From Azolla caroliniana (Eukaryota; Plantae; Polypodiophyta), in the NCBI GenBank assembly GCA_043228905.1, contig JBHGNT010000012.1, forward strand, positions 15,872,001 to 15,936,000: 64,000 nt of DNA, in the 5' to 3' direction. Positions 9,600-18,624 of the stretch are shown here, one piece after another; position 1 is the stretch's first letter, and every line of letters begins with the position of its first letter. The position numbers were made by a program, and so were the translations under genes. The notes beneath the pieces are model-generated. The model did not search any database. It saw only the letters and a list, made by a program, of their open reading frames with translations, and was not told where the DNA came from.

Positions 9600-11455
9600 T
9601 ACTTTGATCCTTCATTCTTTCTCATCTCTCGCTTGCCTTCATAAGAAATCATTTGAATATCGATGCTAACTACCTATCGTAGTCCCTTCAAGCGCCTGCT
9701 CATCTCGGGGTTTCCAAGAGACCATATTGCATGCCTCTCTTTCTTCCATTTGTGGTGGTAAACTCTCGTGTTTGAGTTGACCATCGTACCTTTGATCTTC
9801 ATGCTAGTGTCCTCCCTCATGTTAGAAGACATGATCACTTTCCGAGGTACACCTTTTAAATCCTCTAGGCTTTCTTGGCCGTCATTGTTCATTGTCACAC
9901 TTTCTTCGGTGTCTTTGTTGTGCACATCCGCTTTCGTCGTTGTGCTTCTTTTGGTCTCTTCATCGCACACACCGGCTTCATCCTTTGCTTCATTGTAGCC
10001 ACCTTCCATCTCTTCGGTCTCATGTTGGCTCTCGGACGCAACAATCGAAGTCTCTAGAACAAGTGTGGAGGAATCCTCTCCATGGTCCTCGCTCTCTCTT
10101 GCCATCTTCGGGCCGATGTCATTGTCTGTGGCTATGTTCCCATCATGTGCGTCAGCTCCAACCTTCGCTTCCTCGCCGCCACCTTCCGTCTCTTGGGTCT
10201 CACGTTAATTCTCGGATGCAACTGCCCAAGTCTCTAGAACAAGTGTGGAGGATTCCATACGCCTTTGGTCGATCACCTTTGCCATGTTGTCCATAGCCAC
10301 CTCCTTGATGTCATTTTTCATGGCTACCTCCTTAATCATGTGGGCCTCACACTCTTTGTTCTCCTTGATCATGCAAGCTTCTATTAGGCTTGCTCCTTCA
10401 CCACCCAACGTTTCGAACATGACGCGTGTTCTGAATCATTCTTCCTCCCTTGGAGTGGCATTCGCCGTCCTCGATTCATTGGTTTCATCCTTCTCCGTTG
10501 TTTCTTTGCAAGATGAGAAGGTGACTTGTTCCGCACTTTCTCTTGTGGTACCATCGTACCGAACTTGAGCCTTCGAATGCACCACTTCATTAATCTATAT
10601 TTGTTGAGAGGTCTCTTCTTTCTCAATCATCGTTCGCCTCAGTTTTTGTCCCTTTTGAAGCTTCTCTTCAGCCTCAACTTGCGCCTTTAAGTTCTTGAAT
10701 TCCTCTCTCATAAGACTTCTATGTCGAGTATCGTCGAAACTTCCCTCTTCGAGCTTTCTTCCTTCTGTGGTTGCATGTTGCTGCATCTTGTTTTCCTTCG
10801 ATCGTCCCTCATCAGCCGTGACATTGTCGACAAGATTCCTATCCTCCTCTTGTCATGTCGTTGGCATACCCTTTTCACTTCGGTCCAATTTTCAGTGAGG
10901 CCATTTGCACCATCGTCATCCTCGAGCTGGACTCCAATGGCCTTCTTTTCCTTCCAATCAATCGACTTTACGAACATTAAGACTTTACTCACCCCCACCA
11001 ACCGTTGATCTCGCTTCGAGAGTTGAGCGAAATGACACTCAAACTCAACGAATGCATGCATAACACTCTGGTGGGTCTTCCTCGATGACACCCATTGGTC
11101 AAACTCACATAGACCTTGTCCCTTCAGCTCTTCATAAGCATACGCCTCTCGTAAAGCTTCTTCGAAGGACACCCATGAATCATGAGCTTTTTGAAGCTCT
11201 TTCATCTCTTCATAGATTGGTTTGGCCACCACTCGACAAAAGTACTCCAGCCTCATTGCCTCATCCACAGATCTTGAATCCATTTCGGCATTGTAGGCCT
11301 CTAGAAAATTTTGGACTTTGCCCCCGTCGAAACAGCCGCTCGCTCGACCACGCTTTTGCTGGCTTGTTGGGCCGCACCCGTCTTTTCCCTTCTCTTGAAA
11401 AATCCATTATCATCTTTAACATTTCCTCCATGAGATATTCCTCGTCCATCTTCAT
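9600..11455 (-). pseudogene. gag: gag followed by a low-complexity charged tail; no pol
   Basis: ORF 10708..11283 is gag-like. Downstream fragments are Glu/Lys-rich with a repeated SSTLVLET block. No PR/RT/IN motifs. Confidence 0.7.
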
Positions 11456-11470
11456 CCTCCCCTACCGCTC

Positions 11471-11488
11471 TTCACGTTGGGTTCACCA
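11471..11488 (-). promoter_or_regulatory. primer-binding site, tRNA-Trp
   Basis: TTCACGTTGGGTTCACCA differs by one base from the plant tRNA-Trp 3' end. Confidence 0.8.
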
Positions 11489-11494
11489 AAAAGA

Positions 11495-12097
11495 TGTCGC
11501 GAAGATTCGCGTGCAATTGCGGTTCATGCAAGCGGGACCACCGGGGCCACAGACTAGGGCGGATGTTCGGGAACTTCTTGAAAAGATGAGGATGTGTATG
11601 TACGTGTCAAGGAAACCAATGTCACATTTGAAAAGAAGCAAAGAATTTTATGTTTGAAAAGAAGATCAATTAGAAGAAGATAGATGAGAAGAAGAAGAAT
11701 AAGAAGAGTATTATATTATTATTGATGATGATGATGATGATTATCTCCCCAAATTGACCCCCCTTACACAAGCCCAACTAGAGGCTTTTATAGGTCTTTT
11801 CATGCTTGTAACATGCACAAAACCATGGTTTTGTGCACACGGTTTTGCTAATGACATGCACAAAACCATGGGCTTAAAACCATGGTTTCGTGCACAGGGT
11901 TTTGTATGTTTATTTCCTATGGACTACTGAATATGAAAAGGAAATATATAAAATCTAAAGCACTTAGTAGTAGATTTATTGGTAAGCTAATTGTTTCCTA
12001 TCTTGGAGGTGCAAGGTTCAAATCTTGCTTGCACCTCTTTGTATGCACTTAGCCATATTGATTTATTTTCATATTTACAAATGTGCGTGGAACCAAA
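11495..12097 (-). repeat. 5' LTR of Gypsy #2 (continues at 23417-23463)
   Basis: Starts TGTCGCGA. Contains (GAA)n, (TAT)n and (GAT)n runs, palindromes and a tRNA-like module. Confidence 0.75.
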
Positions 12098-12511
12098 TGT
12101 AAAGAATCGGGTATGATTCTTGCGAAGCGGAAGAGATGTGAGGTATGTGTGTGTGTATGAGAGAGAGAGAGAGAGAGAGTGAGAGAAACACAAAGAATAC
12201 GCAAGGTAAAGTATATTAACAAAGGAGAAAGCAAGGTAAAGTATATTACCAAAGGAGAAAGACTCAATGTTATACAAGGTGGGAGGAGGGTGCTTGATAT
12301 AGTCACCCTGTCTCTTCATTAACTACAAGACTCATGGAGCATGGGGAATGTGAAAGCTCATAAGTTATGTGTCATAGAATATGATTCTATGACTCATACT
12401 AAATGCTAGAATACAAAGTGTTGACATAATGGTGACTCTTGACCGTTGGAGTGTCTATTCACTCTCAAGGTGAGTTCACACACTAGACCAAGTTGAGCTT
12501 GATTCTCAACA
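12098..12511 (-). repeat. 3' LTR of Copia B
   Basis: TGTAAAGAATCG...TCTCAACA, direct repeat of 23028-23416. Confidence 0.92.
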
Positions 12512-12749
12512 TGCCCCTCAAGCTCAAGGCGGGTCGGTTTTAGACGATATCCGAAATCCGCTTCGACTCGAGTTCCGGAGTCCGCGTTGACTCGTGACCG
12601 TTGGAGTGTCTATTCACTCTCAACGTGAGTTCACACACTAGACCAAGTTGAGCTTGATTCTCAACATGCCCCCTCAAGCTCAAGGTGGGTCGGTTTTAGA
12701 CGGTATCCGAAATCCGCTTCGACTCGAGTTCCGGAGTCCGCGTCGACTC
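12434..12749. repeat. ~155-bp tandem duplication spanning the LTR edge and PPT
   Basis: TGACCGTTGGAGTGTC...CCCTCAAGCTCAAGG...GGAGTCCGCGT occurs twice. Confidence 0.88.
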
Positions 12750-12863
12750 GCTTTATGCGGAGTTGTGGAATCCGTGCTCCAGCTTGCGTTGTGTGTATTT
12801 GCGAAGTCTGTGCTTCGGCTTGCGTCTTTCTTTGCGGCTTCATTGCTTAATTGCGGGATCCAC

Positions 12864-13322
12864 TGTCAGGAATAGTACTAAAACAGAGATGGAATTAGTA
12901 CTAAGAACAGCAGTACTATTAGTACTAAGAGGACGGGACTGCGTAAGATTCCTGAGAGAGGAAGTGAGAAGAGGAGAGAGAGAGAGATAACGAGAATGAG
13001 AGAGAGATAGCGAGAATGAGAGAGAGAGAGAGATGATGACAGCGGTTATATATTATGTGAAAAGATAAGTACAAGCGGCTAAGAGGCTTAAGACTGGCGT
13101 TGAACCAATTTGGTTCAAAACAATGCCTTGTGCCTCATTTTATAGTGTTTTTAGGAATAATCCTGAAGCTTCTAGAATGTTCCAGAGAGATCTGGAATAT
13201 ACATCAATTTTCTATGATAAAGTATAAATGAAAATAATATCCTACAAAATACAATTCATAATCTAATGGTAAGAGCTCGACCCATGTAGCATAAAGTCAT
13301 GGGTTCGAGTCTTGCCATGACA
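12864..13322 (-). repeat. 3' LTR of chromovirus
   Basis: TGTCAGG...CATGACA. It differs from 18126-18564 by one visible substitution and about 20 bp of GA-rich repeat. Confidence 0.95.
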
Positions 13323-13333
13323 CTATCTCCCCC

Positions 13334-16300
13334 TTAAAGACGACGAGTGGAACGAGTCGGCGCTAATTGCGGACCGGGTTTGTCCGGATACTTTCGGTGG
13401 AAATCAGCAAGAAGATCTTGTGCATTGGCAACATTCTCGACGGGTTCCCAAGTACGTTCGCTCGGACTATAACCGAGCCAATCGACCAAGTAATAAAGTT
13501 TGTTGCGAACAAGTTTGGAATCGAGGATGGCAGCAACTTCATACTCCGGGCCGGCGTCCAACTCCAGCGGGGGCGGCGGTGGTGTCACACGATCGGGAAT
13601 GGTGTTTGCTTTATAAGGTTCAAGAAGAGAACAATGGAAAACTGGATGTATCTGAAGCTCCGGAGGGAGATCCAGGCGGAAGGTGACATCATTAATTTTC
13701 CCCGTAATACGGAAAGGACCGAGTCGTCGATAATCCAACTTGTCGCACGGTCGAGTAGTCTTGATGTGACGACGTAAGAGCCATACTCGATCTCCGATGG
13801 CAAAAGAGGAGGGAATCCGATGACGATCCACATAAGTCTTCTGTGTGTTGAGCATGACGAAGGTGAGTAGAGAGATCCATCTGGATCTGGCGTAGCCTCT
13901 CCAAATGGTCCTCGGCACGAGGGTTGGTAGGTAGCTCCGGAGTGTCGATCACCGACCAACGAGGATGGAAACCGGTATAAGCGAGAAATGGGGAGACCCG
14001 AGTCGAGGAGTGAATAGCATTATTATACGCAAACTCCGCAAAGTGGAGAATCTCAGCCCAATCGTCCTGTTGATAACTCAGGAAACACCGGAGATATTGC
14101 TCCAACGTTTGGTTTGTTCGTTCCGCCTGTCCGTCAGTTTGAGGATGGTAGCCGGAGGAGAGGTTGCAGGAGACCTTGAGCATCCTGAAGAGATGCTGCC
14201 AAAATTTGGAGACAAATTGCGGGCCTCGGTCACTGATAATACTGTCTGGTAGGCCATGATGCCGAAATACCTCACGCATAACAAGAGCGGCGGTTTCCTC
14301 GCTAGTGATGGCTTTAGTACATGGCACAAAATGTGCCATCTTCGTATATCGATCGACGACGGTTAGGATAGCATCGAACCCCTTCGAGACCGGCAGATCT
14401 GTGATAAAATCAAGACAAATAGACTGTCATGGCTTACTTGGAATTGGTAAAGGATCCAACAAGCCATATGGATGGTGTCGTGGCATCTTTGCTCGGCAGC
14501 AAGCATCACAGGTCCGAACGTAGTCGTCGACAAAATGGCGCATGTGGGGCCACCAAAAAGATCGCTGCACTAACTCCAATGTCTTGGTACTACTGAAATG
14601 TCCCGCCGTATGGGTGTCGTGACAATGTTGGACGATTTGAAGGCGACAGGAGCAATCGGGGACATATACGCGCTTTTTAAAGAATAACAAACCATCATGA
14701 TATTCGAATTGTCGGTAGGCAATACCTGGTTGTTGAGATTGAGAACAGGATGCCCGAGAAGTATCAATGTGCGCCAGGATGTCTTGAGCAAAACTATCCG
14801 TCTTCAAGGTTGCACGTATGTCATCAGTAATCCGTGAATCCATCGGGGTGTGAAAAATCCGCGTCGTGTGCAATCGTGTTGGTCCCAAGATTACTTGCTT
14901 TTGATTATCAAATGTTGCGTCACCAGGACGAGGTGCAAGATATGAACGCCGTGATAGTGCATCTGCTTTTCCTTGCTGCTTCCCCGGTCGATATGTGATT
15001 TTGAAGTTGAAACGCGTGAGGAATTGCGCCCACCGAGCTTGTCGTCGATTTAGTACGCGAGCGTTCTGAAAATAAGCAAGATTTTTATGATCGCTAAAGA
15101 CAATGACCTGATGTGGAGAGCCCTCTAAGAAATGCCGCCATTGTACAAATGAATCCACGATGGCTAATAACTCCTTGTCATGTATTTCGTAGTTGATTTC
15201 TGCGACATTGAATTTGCGCGAATGGAAAGCCACCGGATGCAACTCTTCTTTATCGCCTTGTTGAGAAAGGATGCTACCGAGGGCGAAATCTGATGCGTCG
15301 GCCTCCATGATGAATGGTTTGCTTGTATCCACATGAGCTAGAATCGGTGCTGATGTAAAGGCTTTCTTAAGATGCCGAAAAGCCATATCTGCTTCGATGG
15401 ACCAAAGAAATGCTTGGCCCTTCTTCGTAAGTTGTGTGAGAGGTAAAATAATCTTCGAGTAATCCTGTATAAACTTACGGTAGAAGTTAGCAAAGGCTAG
15501 AAAACATTGTACATCTCGTACCGACCGTGGAATTTGCCACTCTAGTACAGTTTGGATTTTAGCTGGATCCATGGCGATGCCCTTTGAGGAGATGACGTAG
15601 CCTAGAAATTCCACTTGCTTGCAGTCAAAGCTACATTTCTCTAGCTTGGCATAAAGACCATTCTCGCGGAGTCGCTTTAGTACTAATAGTACATGAGAAT
15701 CGTGCTCTTCCTGGGTCTTCGAATAAATCAACAAATCATCCAGATAAATGATCAAACAGATATCCAAGAGGTCTCTGAATATATCATTTGCCATGTGTTG
15801 GAAGACTGCGGGTGCATTGGTTAGGCCAAACGGCATAACAGTATACTCGAAATGCCCATACCGCGTGCGAAAAGCGGTCTTCCACTCATCTCCCAGTCGG
15901 ATCCGCACGAGATTATACGCTCCTCGTAGGTCGATTTTAGTAAAAAACATGGCACCATTAACTCGCTCTAAAAGACTTGATATAAGAGGAAGTGCATACC
16001 TATTCCGGATGGTGACTTTATTCAATCCGCGGTAATCAACGACAAGACGAAGTGAGCCATCTTTCTTCTTGACAAAGAAGATGGGTGCACCGGCCGGAGA
16101 TTTCGAATGATGGATGAACCCGCTTGCCAAGTTCTCCTCTATGTAGGCTCGAAGGACTTCTAACTCGGTGGGTGACAAGTTGTAAATTGGTCCCCATGGT
16201 GGCTCGGTTCCTGGTTGTAAATCGATGGGACAGTCATAGGGACGGTGATGAGGAAGGGTACCGGCTTTTACCTTGTCAAATACATCGGCATAAGGATGAT

Positions 16301-16910
16301 ATTTTGCCGGAAGTTGTATTGAGGAGTCCTTAATAGTGCTAGAAGGATGTACTGATATGGCAAATAGGAACATTGCCTCCTTGGGTCCTTCTTCGCGTAG
16401 TTGATGGAGTGAAATGGTCGAAACTCGGTGAGTTGATTCTTGGGGTGGTCGATATCGGACTTCTCTTGTTCTCCAATCTATGGCTGGATTATGTAATTCA
16501 AGCCAAGGTAATCCTAGGACAATGGGATGCTCTGGACTACTAATTATATTAAATGATATTATACACACAAAACTACCTAGGACAACTTGAATGGGTTCTG
16601 ATTCTTCTACAATATTCCCGGAAGCAATGGGACAATCATCAATGACCACTACAGATGCGGGACAAGGAAGTTTTCTTAAGGATATCTGAGGAGCTTGGGC
16701 AAAATTTCGATCCATGAAACAGGAATTAGCTCCGGAATCTAAAAGTGCTAGGACGGGTACTGGGGGAGTACTTTTAGTACTAACAATGACTTGGGCTAGG
16801 AACACATTGCTAACTTGCTTGGAAGGAATGGAACCACTAATGGGTTGTACAGATCTAGGGCTGCTGTCCAACCAAATGGCTCCTATTTTGGCTTGACTCA
16901 ATCGTTTAAC
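13334..16910 (-). pseudogene. pol: pol: protease, RT, RNase H, integrase, chromodomain (one stop, one frameshift)
   Basis: LLDSGA, YLDD, EADASD, HHCC and DDE motifs, C-terminal YEVAAIL...YLVDWLGY...TWEP. TGA replaces an expected Trp at 14427, and there is a frameshift near 13850. Confidence 0.93.
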
Positions 16911-18055
16911 TCTTCATCTAATTGACTAAGGATTTCAAATTTATTTGAGATACTTGGGCTATTAGTACTATGAATACTATCTGACACTCTATTAGTACTA
17001 TTAATACTATCAGACACTCCGAAGGGAAGAATTGACTCGGGTTTAGTACAGGCGACGATTTGATTTACCTGTCTTCTTGGCCTATGGGGACAATTGATGG
17101 CGATATGTCCTGGTCCACCGCAATAAAGACATAATCGATTGGCACGTCGTCGTTGCTTTTCTTCTTCCGATAACGGGCCGCGTCGACGCATGGTATCGAT
17201 CTCCATCGGTGTCGAAGTATTTGCTTGAGGTATGTCTCGTGCAAACGGTTTAGCCGCGACTGCGGCGTAAGTGGGCTCTGGCCTAGAGCGTGGTATCTGT
17301 AATTGACGTTCTGAACGCCGTTCAAAAAGGCGGTTGTCACATCGAACTGCTCGACTGATTGCCTCCGTAAGAGACTTTGGTTCTTCGGGGAAAGTTAGAA
17401 GTAGATCTTTGACATCGTTTCACAAGCCATAGCGAAACTGCTCCATTAGTGCTTGATCATCCCAGGGTATATCTGAAGCAAGTAGGCGGAAATCCGCCGC
17501 GTAGGAAGAGGCTGGACGATCGCCTTGACGCAATCGCCGGATCTTGTTGATCGCCGTCCTGATGCTGTCGGTGTCTCCAAAGCAGGCTTTAAACTCACCA
17601 ATAAAATCTTCAAAGTTATTAAGTAAGGGTGATTGTTTTTCTAGAAGCGGAGCAAACCATGCCAAGGCTGGGCCGCTAAGTAGCGTGCCTATTAGGCCGA
17701 CTCGAGATGCATCAGTGGGATATCGGGAAGGATGCATCTGGATGACTAAGCGTACCTGATCAAGGAATCCACGGAATTGCGAACGCGTTCCATCAAATTT
17801 CACAGGAAGTCCAATCTTGGGCTCTTTATGAAATCCTTGGGGACTGGATCCTTGTTGTTGCAACGCTGCTTCGAGTTGTTGTACCCGTAACGCTAACTCC
17901 CCATGTTGTTGTTGCGTTTGTTGTTTTTCCAGAGCGATTTGTTGCAGATCCCCTATCAGCCGTTGGTTTTCTTGTTCCAGGGCAACAAACTTTTCTTTTA
18001 GGCACTGTAGCTCGGAGAAAACGGATTGGTATTCTTGGGCGCTAACAGTAGCCAT
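16898..18055 (-). pseudogene. gag: gag with coiled coil and CCHC knuckle (one in-frame stop)
   Basis: ORFs 17420..18055 and 16898..17206 are in the same frame, split by TGA at 17420. Motifs KFDGTR and CLYCGGPGHIAINC. Confidence 0.9.
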
Positions 18056-18111
18056 AGTATAGGGAAAAGGGTAGGAGGATGAGGGAGAGTGACAAGTAGG
18101 CTAGAGGAAGA

Positions 18112-18123
18112 AAATTGGTTCAA
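18112..18123 (-). promoter_or_regulatory. self-priming PBS (non-tRNA)
   Basis: Minus TTGAACCAATTT has no TGG start and is complementary to the LTR 12-mer at 18353-18342, 33 nt below a TATAAAA. Confidence 0.8.
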
Positions 18124-18125
18124 AC

Positions 18126-18564
18126 TGTCAGGAATAGTACTAAAACAGAGATGGAATTAGTACTAAGAACAACAGTACTATTAGTACTAAGAGGACGGGA
18201 CTGCGTAAGATTCCTGAGAGAGGAAGTGAGAAGAGGAGAGAGAGAGAGATAGCGAGAATGAGAGAGAGAGAGAGATGATGACAGCGGTTATATATTATGT
18301 GAAAAGATAAGTACAAGCGGCTAAGAGGCTTAAGACTGGCGTTGAACCAATTTGGTTCAAAACAATGCCTTGTGCCTCATTTTATAGTGTTTTTAGGAAT
18401 AATCCTGAAGCTTCTAGAATGTTCCAGAGAGATCTGGAATATACATCAATTTTCTATGATAAAGTATAAATGAAAATAATATCCTACAAAATACAATTCA
18501 TAATCTAATGGTAAGAGCTCGACCCATGTAGCATAAAGTCATGGGTTCGAGTCTTGCCATGACA
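18126..18564 (-). repeat. 5' LTR of chromovirus
   Basis: Direct repeat of 12864-13322. Confidence 0.95.
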
Positions 18565-18624
18565 CACGCGTTATTGCGTAGTGCTCGGTTGCGGAATGTA
18601 CGCATAATTGCGTAGTGTCTTCAG

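Larger units (their letters stand above)
12864..18564 (-). mobile_element. chromovirus (Ty3/Gypsy, Tcn1/Tf1-sushi-like), full length, young
   Basis: Near-identical LTRs, PPT AAGGGGGAGATAG, and gag plus PR-RT-RH-IN-chromodomain. Confidence 0.95.
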
